Source: Squalus acanthias (taxonomy: Eukaryota). Taken from it: DNA of 64,000 nt. Location of the stretch: contig CM059432.1 in assembly GCA_030390025.1 (NCBI GenBank), positions 33,978,001-34,042,000 of the forward strand, given 5' to 3'. The translations under genes were made by a program, and so were the position numbers. The notes under the pieces were generated by a model. That model was given only the letters and a program-made list of their open reading frames with translations, was not told where the DNA came from and did no database searches. Below are positions 12,408-25,596 of this stretch, piece by piece; position 1 is the stretch's first letter; the number at the start of each line of letters is the position of its first letter.

Positions 12408-12942
12408 TTCAACATCCTAAGACATGGAAGTTATGTCAGAAGCATAGCTAGCTGCCAATGTAACACCTCCATTCAAAAAGGGAAATAGGGATAAACCAAG
12501 TAACTGCCGACCAGTCTGCTTAATATTGGTAGTGGGTAAGCTTCTAGAGTCTAAAATATGGGATAAAATTAATTTAGAAAAACATGAGTTAATTAAGGAT
12601 AGTCAGTGCAGATTTGTAAAAAGCAAAAAGCAACATTCTTCAGATGCTGGAAATCTGAAATAAACGGAGTTCTGATGAAAGGTCATCGACATGAAACGTG
12701 AAACTTACCTTCCTCTCTCCACAGACCTGCTGAGTGATTTTCTTCATGTCTGATTTTATTTGTAAAATCCTAATTGTGTCTGAAAAAAATGAAGGAACAA
12801 AATTGAGGAAATAACAGAGTGTACTGATAAAGTAACTGCCGTGAATCTTGTAAATTTGCTAAAGGACAGAAAACAATGAGTAGCGGTTAATGGATATTTT
12901 ACATTTTTTGGACTGAAAGGTTCAAAACAACAGTGTCCCCTA

Positions 12943-13143
12943 ACACCAGGAGAACTCCCCTGCGCTTCTTTAAATATTTTAAATCTTTTACATCCACCTG
13001 AGAGCGCAGACAGCACCCCCGACAGTGCAGCACTCCCTCAGTACTGCACTGGGGTATCATGTGATCAAGTCTCTAGAGTGGGACTTGAACCCATGACCTA
13101 CTGACTCAGGGGTGAGAGTGCTACCACTGAGCTACAGCTGACT
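12943..13143 (-). mobile_element. SacSINE1-like SINE, internally deleted
   Basis: Minus-strand tRNA head TAGCTCAGTGG...GGTTCAAGTCC and Deu-like segment. Confidence 0.75.
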
Positions 13144-13156
13144 CCTGAACTTCTCT

Positions 13157-13700
13157 ACTCACCTCGTTCAGCTGCGGCGTTAGGGCCATACAACCCGTGC
13201 AATAGCGTGGGCCCCGAGCCAATCAGGAGCCCTGAGCTGAGAGTGTGTGTATAGAACCGGGGGCGGAGCAAAATGGCAGGATTGTTATGGAGATGGAGGC
13301 GGAGCTTTGCGAAAGGGGGGTCCCCGCAAAATAGCTCTGACTGCGTCGCGTGATTTGCTGCCTCACTGCAGCGGAAATTGCGCCTTCTCGTTCGCTCGGA
13401 GTGATAAAGAATCACTTGCCCGGCCGATAGATTCACGGTTAGAATGTTGAATTGCTTCCGCAGACTCTGAGCGGTGCTTGACATGATCCAGTGGCACAGT
13501 CCTGTGTGGCACGTGCGTCATCTTCCTGGGGCACCGGGCGAAGGCCTCGCTGTCATTGTGTAAATTAAAATGCTAATGAACAAAGCCTGTGGCTGAGGCT
13601 GGTGCAGCAGCCAGCTGTACCACTCAAGATGTCATGAGTCAGACTTTCCATTGTGCACGGCTGCTGTGACGTTGCAGGATAATGATTAAGGAATGTCTTG
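13157..13700 (-). promoter_or_regulatory. Candidate CpG-rich promoter with short minus-strand first exon
   Basis: Not recognisably repetitive, CpG-enriched; AGCCAATCAG CCAAT box near 13217, GGGGCGGAG GC box near 13260, AAAATGGC YY1-like motif; minus-strand donor GAG|GTGAGT at 13163/13162. Confidence 0.4.
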
Positions 13701-13934
13701 TAGGGAGAGTGCTGTATGGAGAGACTAGCAGTGCCTCATAAACAAAAATAAGAACATATGGACTTGGCAGTGTTATTCGGAAACAATGAGTAACGCAATG
13801 TTTGGATTGTGCTAAATCAGCTCTGTAATAACTTGCAGTCCCCAAAGTCAACCAGCCCAGAGTTCTACCTTTATATAGTGAGCAAGAGTACAGTATCCAA
13901 GGGTAGCAGTGACCATGCACGTTGTGGGATTTGT

Positions 13935-14250
13935 GTACTCGTGTGTGTATGTTTGTGTGATTGCAAGTCGGCATATATCTGTGTGTATGTTTGTGTATAT
14001 TTAAGTGTTTTGTGCATATATTATTTTGTGAGATTGTGTGTGTTTGTGTATCAATGCCTTTATGTATTAGTGTACCTGCTTGTGTATATATGTGTGTGCA
14101 TGTGTGGTTGTATATCTGCGTGTCGTATGTGGTTATTTATTTGTGTATGTGTGTGCATGTGGGGTAGTATATCGGTTGTGTATGTGTGTATATCAGTATG
14201 TATCAGTGTGTATCAGTGTGAGTCTTTTGTGCATCAGTGTTTGCGAGTCT
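13935..14250. repeat. Degenerate (TG/TA)n low-complexity tract
   Basis: gtgtgtgtatgtttgtgt... throughout. Confidence 0.9.
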
Positions 14251-15834
14251 GTGGGGTCGATTTTAACCTGGAGCAGGTTTCATGCGGGCAGTGGTGGGGG
14301 GAATGGGGCTGGTACGAAACGTACTCACTAGCACAGATTTCAGGCCCAGGGTATTTTAACTTTCAGTTCTCATGTAAATTTGACTGGCGGATTTCCCACC
14401 CAATCGGATCGGGAACGAGAAGCTCTCCTACTTTCTGGGCAGAATTTCTGGAGGGCCTCCAGAGACAAGGGTGACTACTGCTTTTATTTCTCCATCTCTC
14501 TCCATAACACCTGACAAGAATCCTCCCCCCACTCCCACCACATCCCGAGCACTGTGAACAAGTCCTTTCCCTGCATTACATCGTTCACTACCCATCTCAT
14601 GAACACACTATAACCACCTCTCATTCTCAATCCACACTCACCTCTTGCTTGTTGCTCTCACAGCAGCCACTAACAGCATTCCTTCATCACATGGTAGCTA
14701 TTTCAGAACAGGGATCTCCTTTGATGACTTCACATTCCAGCGAGTTGGTTTCCATTCAACACCTCCCCATCCTCCTTCCATCTTGCTTCTTCTCATAGGA
14801 ACATAGGAATTACTCAAAGAAAAAAGACCAAGGTCTATCTATTTCGCCTTCTACCATCCTGGTAGTCGCAGGATACAATGACAATGGAGTTGTTGACTAA
14901 TCATAGCAATTAACCTCTATCAATTAGTCTACAACAGACCCAGACATGATGCGAGGAAAACCCCCAGTGGTGGAGAGCTTTGAGAACCATAGGTCCAAAG
15001 TTACCTGTTCGTCCCAAGCACGCTACACTTACCAGCTGAGTTATTTATTTGAGGGAAAATGACTTCCAGATGACCTAACTGGAGTTTTCCTGACTAAGAA
15101 AGGAATTTGAAAAGTTGATCGAGGTGTTTCTTACATGGTACACACGTCTAGGAAGCAAAGGGGAAGAGGAAGGGTCAATGAAAGGAGGCATATTATTGCT
15201 TGAGTGAGCGTCTAAAGGTAAGTGACCTCAATGATTGGTATCAGGAAAAGAGGGTTCAAGGTACAGCTAAGGTTGTGAAGGAAGTTGGCAGCAGTGATCC
15301 AGACAAACTTACTTAAGGGTTGAAATGAGAGGGGGAACAATTTTTAAAATTTTAGGAAGTTGGGAATAAAAAAGGAAACCAAAAGGTTAATGCCATGGTA
15401 GAAAATATCCCTAAGGTTATTGAAGCAGACCGTGAGGGGGAAAATTTAAGAATTTGTGCGCCTGACACAAATCCTTGCCCGCCATGAGCGTTTATGGAAA
15501 AGCCGCGTTCACCCTGTATCACCACCATTATCCGTCCCTACGCTCTTAGTGAGAATCTGTAAAATTTAACCTGAACCCAGTTTTCGAAGCAATGCGATTT
15601 GTTTCTGGAGAGAGAAGGGATGGAGGGAGTATTAAGTGGGGTTGATCTCTTAAAGACATTGAGGTTTTCCTACTCTGAAAAATTCTTCCATTATGTTTCT
15701 TGGTTCTTTCCCAAGGGCAATATGTAAAGCTGTATTTGTTGCTGACTAAAGAGCTTCTGGTCTTGAAAACCCACGGACCACGATCCTGACAGTTACGCTG
15801 ACAGTCACCCGCTGGTGCCCTACTAGAGTTAGTG

Positions 15835-16320
15835 AACAAAATTGAGAGGTCGCACAACACCAGGTTATAGTCCAACAGTTTTATTTGAAATCACAAGCTT
15901 TCGGAGCTATCGATTGCCCCTTCCTCAGGTGAAGTAAATAGATACAGAATCGCCAAAGCATATATAGATAGACAACAAAGCATGTGTACCTTACAATTGC
16001 AGACAACTAAATTAAATCATCCTGACTATCTGCCGAGGTGTGATAAAGTTAATCAGGTCAGCCAGGAAGGTACCACATCAAAGACATAGCAAGATACAAC
16101 TGAGACAATGAGGTGTAGTCGCAGGAGTTCTAACGTGTCAAAAGCTGCCGTCTGTATGTAAAACGAAAAGCTTTAAAAATTTTACTTTTTTACTGGGAAA
16201 ATTTTTACTTTTTTACTGGGAATCACATCTGTGAATAAGCCAACGACGACTCGAGTCCGGATCACGTCATGTATCGTGACATAAACCCAAGATCCCGGTT
16301 GAGACCGTCTTCATGTGAAA
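15835..16320 (-). mobile_element. Penelope-like element 3' end, second family (ORF terminus + pseudo-LTR)
   Basis: 16318-16262 minus translates SHEDGLNRDLGFMSRYMT*; ends with hammerhead motif, AATAAA and gttggactataacctggtgttgtg. Confidence 0.8.
15891..15932 (-). ncRNA. Minimal type I hammerhead ribozyme in Penelope pseudo-LTR
   Basis: Minus strand UCAC-CUGAGGA-A-GGGGC-AAUCGAUA-GCUCC-GAAA-GC-UU-GUGA: stem I UCAC/GUGA, CUGANGA and GAAA cores, stem II GGGGC/GCUCC, palindromic AGCU stem III. Confidence 0.75.
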
Positions 16321-16885
16321 CCAGTGGGAGGCACCTTCTTCACACGGGGCCAGGGGCATCTCCAATCTGGTGAGTGAGACACTGGGGCAATCGGAGATCG
16401 GAAAGCTAATTTAAATAAATTATTCTGCACCTTAAATGCTGCTGGCAAGCACATCTACCCTATCCAATATGGCCGGGGGCGCACTACTGGATAGAAATGT
16501 GCGCGCACTTCCTGCTAACCATATTGGGGGCTTAGTAGCGCCTGAAAAACTGACGCTGCACACCTGAATTTCTAATGCCAGAAATTGCTTCAAGTCACTC
16601 ACTAACTTGCTGTTCTCTGTTTGCTAAACACAGCCCAGGTCCTGTACAGTCTAACAGAGGAGTATGTTCAGAATATGTTCTGACAGGTTGAAGGACTCCC
16701 TGTTGTTCTGCTGATTGCTTTATGGTGTTGCTTCTAACAGATGATGTGATTTCACAGTAGTGCACGGGCGCATTAACTGTAACTCACACAACAGATAGAC
16801 AGCTTCAGGCTAGAGTAAGCTCCCCCTGACCCCTGTGTAGTTAAGTGGGAGAAGATTCCATCCGACTGCTTTAAAGGGACATCAT

Positions 16886-19142
16886 GGCAGATTTTAACTC
16901 TGCCTGTCCGGTGGGAACAGGTCAAGTGGGTGGTTAAAATGGCGGTCGGGTGCTTCCCGTTGCATTCCCGACTCGTTCACGCCCACCACCTTTTTAACTG
17001 CGGGGATTTTTTTCCTCATTCGGGGCCACGTTCAAATGTTAAAGTCACGCTCCGATGGTGCCATCCAGACTCCGACGCGATTTTACTGGAATATGGCGGA
17101 AGGCCCATTTCCGGACCCACCAGTAAAACCTGATGGGATTGGTGCATCTCGGTGCCACAGAAGCTGTATATGGACAGGCACTCAGCTGCAGCTCATTGGA
17201 TCATAGGATCATTTTGCTCTGGTTTACCAGGAGAGTTTCCAGCTTCCAGTTCACTTCTCTCGCACTTTTATGGCCTCAGTAGGGTCAAGGAACATAGGAA
17301 CAGGAGGAGGTTCAGCCCCTTGAGATTATTCCACCATTTAATTAGATCATGATCTGTACCTCAACTACATTTACCCACCTTTGCTCCTTTTCCCCTGATA
17401 CATTTACCTAACAAAAATCTAACGAGCTCAGCCTAAAAAATTTCAATTGACCAAGCTTCCACGGTCTTTTGGGGAGAAAGTTCCAGATTTCCACTACCCT
17501 TGGTGTGAAAAAGTGTTTCCTGATTTCACTCCTGACTGGTTTAACTCTAATTTTGAGATTGTACCCCATTCCTCAGTAAGCTTTATCTGCTCATCATGGT
17601 GCTATTATCGCTAGTTTATTCTGGATGGACGGATACTTGGAGGTAGAGGAGTAACAGCAGCAGTCTCAGAAAACAGCAGCAGCTGTGCCTAACAGGCCAT
17701 GCCCAGCACACAGGGTGCTACTGGCCAAGAGTCACTTTCTTGGCCGTATCTGAGGAACAGTGCCTCAGGAGACTGTGTTTCTCCGGGCAGGCGGTTTCAG
17801 ACCTCGGCAGCCCCCTGCTCTAGGATCTGCTGTCGCTGAACCACGGGACCAGGCTTTGCCATTGGCTGCCAAAGTCACCACATCCCTTAACTCCTTCGCC
17901 ACTGGCTCCTTCCAGTCTGCGACAGGAACATCTCTCGCCTCTCCCAGTCTGCAGCACCTAGCCGCATTAAGCAGGTCACTGACACCCTGTTCACCAGGGC
18001 TGAGCAGTACATCACCCTCCCCATTGACTTTCATCGGTCAACACGAGAGAGCGCGGGGATTTGGCTGTCTTCCATTGCGTCCAGAGCATCATTGACTGCA
18101 CATGTTGCCATCAGAACACCTGCCAGCAATATTTGTCAATAGAAAAGAATACCACTCCATTTACACCCAGGTAGTGGATGATCACTCGAACAGCAAGGTA
18201 CCCAGACAGCTGTCACAACACTTTTTCTGCATCCGTCCACCATCCCCACAAAATGCAACTCTCTCAGGAACGTGGCTGGATGGTTGGGGGACAAGGCATA
18301 CCTCCTGCAGATGTGGCTCATGAGACGCCTCGCAACACCACTCCTGAGCAACAAAGATGTAATTGAAGCCAGGGGATCGTTTGGATGATTATTGAGCACA
18401 CCATAGGGTAAAGCAGAGGTTCAGCTATCTCGACAGGTCTGGGGTCTCCCTACAGTGTGCCCCACAAAGCGCCTTCTGCATTGTAGTGATGTGCTGCATA
18501 CTTGACGACTTCGCCCTGCAGAGAGGTCTGCATTTGGAGGAGGCACGGAAGCAGGTGAACTCCTCATCGGATGCAGAAGTCTAGGGAGAAGGTGAGGAAG
18601 CAGCAGGAGGAGGAGGGCCACCTCAGTGCCTTGCAGCAAGAGATGTGAGGTGCTGTTGGGAGAGATGGGGAGATGAAGAGCTCCACATAGCCTTTGCTAC
18701 TCTTCTGAGGTCATCAAACCTCTTTTTTGCATTGCACCCAGGTCCTGGGGCTGATGTTGGTGGCACTGACCCTTTCAAACACCTGCTTCATGGCATTGTG
18801 AATGCCTTTGCAGGTTTTGGGGAAAAGCTGCTCTCTCCTTGTCCTCACCTCCTCCACTAGGACCTGGGGGTGGGGTGGGGTGTGGTGGCCCTTCAACTTG
18901 TCTGTCTCCTGAAAATGTGTTCCACAGTTGTGCAATGTAAAATCCAAACAGAGGATGAAACCTCACTTTAAGAGGTGCATCCCTAAGTAGTAATCAGGAA
19001 TAGCGCTGGATATTGCACGCGAGATTTGGGTGGGCTGGCTGAATCACCATGCGATCGGGGTGGTGGGGGTGCAGTCTGTCAATTTTAATAAAAATGAGGC
19101 CAGGGCACTGCACCCCCCACCACCCCCAGGTTAAAATTGGGC
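16886..19142 (+). mobile_element. Old, heavily decayed two-gene Harbinger transposon (CR1 fragment inserted at ~17290-17570)
   Basis: + strand transposase remnants (KVTTSLNSFATGSFQSA; EYHSIYTQVVDDH); minus-strand Myb-like remnant (VEEVRTRREQLFP...PRTWVQCKK); possible TIRs ggcagattttaac / gttaaaattgggc. Confidence 0.7.
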
Positions 19143-19229
19143 ATATACATTGAGACACTAGCGCATCATTAGAGCCAGATAAAAGTGGTAGCATCCTCTG
19201 TATGTGCAAATATAGGCTCAGGTTTTTCT

Positions 19230-19650
19230 CTTGTTTTCAGGATGTGGGCGTTGCTGACAAGGCCAGCATTTATTGCCCATCTCTAGTTGCCCTCAGAAGG
19301 TGGTGGTGGACCTTCTTGAACCACTGGTTTTGATACAACTGACTGGTTTGCGAGGCCACTTCAGAGGGCAATTAAGAGTCAACTATGTTGATGCGGGACT
19401 GGAGTCACATACAGGTAAGACCGAATAAGGACAGCATGTTTCCTTCCTTAAAGGACAATAAGTTGGGTTTTTATGACAATCCGACAGCTTCGTAGTCACT
19501 TTTACTCATTTTTTATTTCCAGATTTTTCAATCTGGAAATTCAAAAACTGTATTAAAATTCTCAAAACGCTATGGTTCCACGCAAATTGTCTGGATTCTT
19601 CATTTTACCTTCTGGATTACTAGCCCAGTAAAACATTACCACAACACGAC
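19230..19650 (-). mobile_element. SINE, same family as 9590-10010
   Basis: ggatgtgggcgttgctgacaaggccagcatttattgcccatc... ctggagtcacat... ggattactagcccagtaa. Confidence 0.7.
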
Positions 19651-20667
19651 CGTATGCAGTAAGACTCTACGAATCATCTGGCTGGCCCCAAAAACTAATA
19701 CCTCTTCATCGGCCACTCCCTCAAGAGTCTATCCAATTCTCCCGTAAACGTTTCCACACTAATATGTGTCTGTTGTGTGCGTGTGTGTGGTACAACACAA
19801 CATAAACCGTTGTTCCCTTCTACATCCCTTGAATCAGCAGCCCTTGCATGCGGTGGGACTTGGTTTAACCCCAGCACTGCATGAACAGTAATCACCAGTG
19901 ACAGTTCGACACTCAGCACTCTCAGCCCAATACAGCTGGACATTCTGTCAAGCAAGTCGTTGGAAACATTAATAAGACTTGCTGTGGCCCTCCCACCCTG
20001 GCCTCTCTAAACCTCAGGGCACCTCGCAGCACACAGTAAAGCCATCCGGCACCTCATAACTCAGAGCTTTTTAGCGAAAAAATAACTCCTTCACACATTG
20101 CTGCGTGTTTAGCACATCGTTGGTGCAATGAATGGACACAGATTCTGGGCGTGTGTGAAACTTTGCAAAAGTGAATGACGTACTGCAGGGCCTGAACGAG
20201 CAGAGGACAACTGCAGCGAGTTAACCCATTCGTCAGCACGCATGCTGGGTTTAAAACAGATAGCCGTCCTCATTAGCATTCCCATTTAATCTTTATCGTG
20301 AGTTTAAACCATCAATAAAATGGGAAACTAATGTAGAGGGAGGAGCTTTGCAATGAAAACTGCCTGTTCCCTATATCTGGGGAGGCACCCTGGCAACCTT
20401 CTTGCACTCCCAGGCAAGAATGCTAAAAAGAGCTTTGTGGGAACAAAAGAAAATCTGGAGTGACAAAAGGCTATTCGGCCTATCAAGCTGGCTTCACCCA
20501 GACTCGGTGTTGGATTAGTCTGTCGCAGCTCTCCACCTGTTGCCCACAACCTTCCCATACTTTACCAAATGATGGAGCGGAACTTTCAACTACAACATAG
20601 ACGTTAAAACGAGCCACCGATGTTAAAACGAGCCACAGACATTAAAACTAGCGTTATCGGAACAGTC

Positions 20668-22098
20668 GTGGTTTAAAGGCACGTTAACTAGGCCTCAGTT
20701 ATATAACCAAGTGAGTCTGATCACACAGTGTGGGAATGAGTGGCCAATTTTCTTTTCCATTCACTTCACATGTTCCTTCTCTAACCTCCACTGAAGAAAA
20801 CAAAAGCCTTGTCATGTTGTTATTATCTCAATAATCCTCAATCCCACATATTGATCCAGCTCCTTTTCAAAGTTGCCAATTGGCCCATGAACATAGCTAA
20901 AGTACAGGCCCAGACTGTGCAGCTGCCCACCGCAATCGCCTATTCCCTCCATCCTTCCTTGAATTTTTCCACACTACATGGCAAATGGAATATAATGTGG
21001 AGAAATGTGAAGTTATCCACTTTGGTACGAAAAATAGAAAAGCAGTGTATTTTTTAAATGGTGAGAGATTGGGAAATGTTGGTGTTCAGAGGGACCTGGA
21101 TAACCTTGTACACGAATCATTGAAAGTTAACATGCAGGTACAGCAAGCAATTAGGAAAGCAAATGGTATGTTGGCCTTTATTACAAGAGGATTTGAGTAT
21201 AAGTGTAAAGACGTCTTACTGTAATTATATAGGGCCCTGGTGAGACCACACCTGGAGTATTGTGTACAGTTTTGGTCTCCTTACCTAAGGAAGGATATAC
21301 TTGCCTTAGAGGGAGTGCAACGAAGGTTCACCAGACTGGTTCCTGGAATGGGGGGGATTGTCCAATGAGGAGAGATTGAGTAGACTAGGCCTATATTCTC
21401 TAGAGTTTAGAAGAATGAGAGGTGATCTCATTGAAACATACAAAATTCTTACAGGACTTGACAGGGTAGATGCAGGGAGGATGTTTCCCCTGGCTGGGGA
21501 GTCTAGAACCAGGGGTGATAGTCTCAGAATAAGGGGTCGGCCATTTAGGACTGAGATGAGGAGAAATTTCTTCACTCAGAGGGTGGTGAATCTTTGGAAT
21601 TCTCTACCCCAGAGGGCTGTGGAGGTTCAGTCACTGGGTATATTCAAGACAGGGATCGATAGATTTTTGAATATTAAGGGAATCAAGGGATATGGGGATA
21701 GTGCAGGAAAGTGGAGATGAGGTAGAAGATCAGCCATGATCTTAGTGAATGGCGGAGCAGGCTCGAAGGGCCGAATGGCCTACTCCTGCTCCTATTTCTT
21801 ATGTTATATCCTTATGTAATGTTCTACCTACCTCCACTACCTCACTGTGCACTCCCTTTAAATAATACTGTGTAAATCTCCCATCTTTAAAGCTTGAGGC
21901 TGTGAAACTTTCATTCCATTAGTGTGGGATAGATTCAAACCATCCAGCTGCCCAGCCTTCACACCTCATCTCCTACCCTTGCACAATGCTAGGAATGGGA
22001 GGGATGTATTAGCACCAGATAGTCACTCATTCCCACCCTGTGTGATCAGACTCACTTGGTTATATAATTGAGGCCTAGTTAATGTGCCTTCAAACCAC
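20668..22098. repeat. 77-bp inverted repeat pair (20668-20744 / 22022-22098) bracketing ~1.3 kb
   Basis: Reverse-complement comparison by eye shows 5 mismatches in 77 bp. Confidence 0.85.
20978..21820 (+). mobile_element. CR1 LINE 3' fragment
   Basis: MEYNVEKCEVIHFG, RDLDNLVHESLKV, LEFRRMRGDLIETYKIL plus 3'UTR. Confidence 0.9.
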
Positions 22099-22749
22099 AA
22101 AGGCATAATGGAGAGGAAATTCGAGAGGGCATCTGGTGATAGCACTGGCCATGCTGAATCTGCCCAGCTCAGTTATTCAATGTCTATGGTGGCCTAACTG
22201 CTGCTCCTGATTCCACAATACTGTGAGCCTCTGCCGACTCGGACTCGCTATCCTCTGGTTTGCCTCCATCCCCCAGGACAGCTCAGTGTCAAATACAGCA
22301 AAATTTTCCCAAGCGCCTGACCGGCAAGCTGCCCAATTTGCATCCGCAGCTTGCCAGTTTGGCGGAAATGAGGCCCGAAGCCCAATTTCCAGTGAGCCTC
22401 AGGCTGACGTCACCTGGCGAGCCAAGTGCGACACTCGTCTTGCACCAGTTTCTAGTGCCACACAAACTTCTCAGCCTTTGTCTCTTTTTGCTTTCTCAGG
22501 TTTTTTTTTTTCCCCTTGCCTCTCCTTCCAGGTGACCAATTTGACTTAGTAAGAAATTCGAAAAGCTGATCCAGGTGAATTGTTCACTCTGGTGAAGCCT
22601 CTAAATGCCGTGGTACACATGTGACAAGTTAAGAAGCAAAGGGGAAGTAGGAGGGTCAATGAAAGGAGGAATATTATTGCCAGAAAGAGAGTCTAAAGGT
22701 AAGCAACCTCAACGATCGTTATCAGGCAAAGAGGGTTCAAGCTACAAAT

Positions 22750-23215
22750 AAGAAAGAAAGAACTTGTATTTATACAGCACATTTCATGACCTCAGGACAT
22801 CTCAAAGTGATTTACAGCCAATGAAGTACTTTGAAGTGTAGTCACTGTTGCAATGTAGGAAACGCGGCAGCCATTTTGCGAACAGCAAGGTCCCATATAC
22901 AGCAATGTGATAATGCCACGATCATCTATTTTATTGATGTTGGTTGAGGGATAAATATTGGCCAGGACATTGGCGAGAACCCCCCTGCTCTTCTTCAAAA
23001 TAGTGCCATGGAATCGTTTATGTCCACCTGAGAGGGCAGACAGGGCATCACTTTAATGTCTCATCCAAAATACAGCACCTCCGACAATACAGTACTCCCT
23101 CAGTACAGCTCTGAAGTGCCAGACTAGATTATGTGCTTAATTAACTGGAGTGGGGCTTGAACCCGCGACCTTCTGAGCTAGCGGCGAGAGTGCCACCACT
23201 GTGCCAAGGCTGACA
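22750..23215 (-). mobile_element. Near full-length SacSINE1-like SINE
   Basis: Reverse complement of the 41982-42437 element, with B-box GGTTCAAGCCC and (CTTT)n tail. Confidence 0.85.
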
Positions 23216-23800
23216 CCTATAATAGCTCAGCCATGTCTCACAGTGAGTGCCGACAGGCTATACCACTGTGTGGGAATATCACAGCCGAGCCCATTCCTGT
23301 CCCACCCAACATCTGCACATAGCAATCAAGTGGGACAGCTGGCTGATGTTTTTTTCCTTCCCTATCCCAGTAACACTAAGAGCAACTATGACCACCCCCC
23401 ACCCACCCTCCCCCACCAACACCACCCTGGATGAGATCAAGTACCTCAGTACAGACTGGGAACCGGACAAAGGTCATTCCTGGTCTTTACGACTCAGTAC
23501 ATTATGGCAATAGAGACTTGGCGCTCATTATTTAATATTCTGACATTTGAGAGTAGGTGAACTCCCACAGAGGTCTCCTGCTCATCTTCCGTAACTTTGG
23601 CGGAAGAGCTGTGGAAACCCCGGATGAACGGCGCAAACGGTGTTTACACTGATTGGCCGTGGTTTCTGTGGTTTTACAGCGAATAGACAGGAAACGTCCG
23701 TGGAAATTCACCCCTTTGGAATTGTTTCCACTGGAGCAGAGAAGGCTAAGAGGATATTTCTTAGAGTTTTTTTTAATTAAATTATGAAGGGATCCTACAT

Positions 23801-25033
23801 GACATAAGAACATAAGAAATAGGAGCAGGAGTAGGTCATTCGGCCCTTCGAGCCTGCTCCGCCATTCAATGAGATCATGGCTGATCTTCTGCCTCAGCTC
23901 CATTCACCGGCCCTATTGCCATATCCCTTGATGCCATTACTAGTCAGAAATCTATCGACTTCTGTTTTGAATATACCCAATGACTGAGCCTCCACAGCCC
24001 TCTGGGGTAGAGAATTCCAAAGATTCACCACCCTCTGTGTGAAGAAATTTCTTCTCATCTCAGTCCTGAATGGCCTACCCTTTATCCTGAGGCTGTGGCC
24101 CCTGGTTCTAGACTCCCCAGCCAAGGGAAATATTCTCCCAGCATCCAGCCTATCAAGCCATGTAATAATTTTGTATGCTTCAATGAGATCCCCTCTCATT
24201 CTTCTGAATTCAAGAAAATACAGGCCTAGTTTACTCAATCTCTTCTCATACGACTGTCCCGCCATCCCAGGAATCAATCTCGTGAACCTTCGTTGCACTC
24301 CCTCTATGGCAAGTATATCCTTCCTTAGGTAAGGAGACCAAAATTGTACACAGTACTCCAGGTGTGGTCTCACCAAGGCCCTATATAATTGGAGTAAGAC
24401 TTCTTTACTCCTGTACTCAAATCCTCTTGTAATGAAGGCCAGCATACCATTTGCCTTCCTAATGGCTTGCTGCACATTCACTTTCAGTGACTCATTTACA
24501 AGGACACCCAGGTCCCTTTGAGCATCTGCATTCCCCAATCTTCACCATTTGGGAAATACTCTGCCTTTCTGTTTTTTCTACCAAAGTGGATAACTTCACA
24601 TTTATCCACATTATATTCCATCTGCCATGTTCTCGCGCACTCACTGAGCCTGTCGAGATCCCCTTGCAACCTCTTCACATCCTCTTCACAACTGACACTG
24701 CCACCTAGCTTTGTATCATCAGCAAATTTGGAAATGTTACATTTAGTCCCCTCATCCAAATCATTGATATAGATTGTGAATAGCTGGGGCCCAAGCACCG
24801 ATCCTTGCGGTACCTCACTAGTACCTGCCATTCTGAAAAAGACCCGTTTATCCCTACTCTTTGTTTTCTGTCTGTTAACCAATTCTCAATCCATGCTAGT
24901 ATATTACCCTCAATTCCATGTGCCCTAATTTTGTTCACCAACCTCTTGTGTGGGACCTTATCGAAGGCCTTCTGAAAATCCAAATACACCACATCTACCG
25001 GTTCCCCTTTGTCTACTCCACTAGTTACATCCT
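23801..25033 (-). mobile_element. CR1 LINE 3' part (RT)
   Basis: [46 protein letters not shown]. Confidence 0.9.
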
Positions 25034-25596
25034 ATAGGATGAACAGGGGAAAACTATTTCCTATGGTTGGGGAGTCAATGGTAAGGGCTCAATTTAAAAG
25101 TATCACTAATCAAGGTATATGGGGATAGTTCAGGAAAGTGGAGTTGAGGTAGAAGATCAGCCATGATCTTATTTAATGACGGAGCAGGCTTGAGGGGCCA
25201 AATGGCCTACTCCAGCTCCTATTTCTTATGTTCTTATGTTCTAACAGAGTGAGAATACAGGCAAGGAGAAATGTCTTTGCACAAGGGATCATTGGAAAGC
25301 AATAGAGAATGGATGAGGCAGAGACCATTGCATCTTTTAAAGGAAAATCTGAAGCAAGTGAAGACTGTGGAGAGACAGCAGGGCATGAGATTAGCTTTGG
25401 ATTGCTCTATCAAAGAGCTGACACAAATATGATGGGCTGAATGGCCTCCTTTTGTGCTGTGCTGTAAAGCTCTAGGGTTCTACATTTCTAGTACCTCTAC
25501 AGGTACATCACTGCCGAATACAGACTAGGGGGGTTGCACCTCATTACCTCTCTTGAATTCACTGCTTCAAACACTGTAGAGTCGAGTGAGGGGTTA

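Noticed and set aside
13809..14474. 221-aa Cys/Val-rich ORF
   Set aside because: Translation of a TG/TA low-complexity tract
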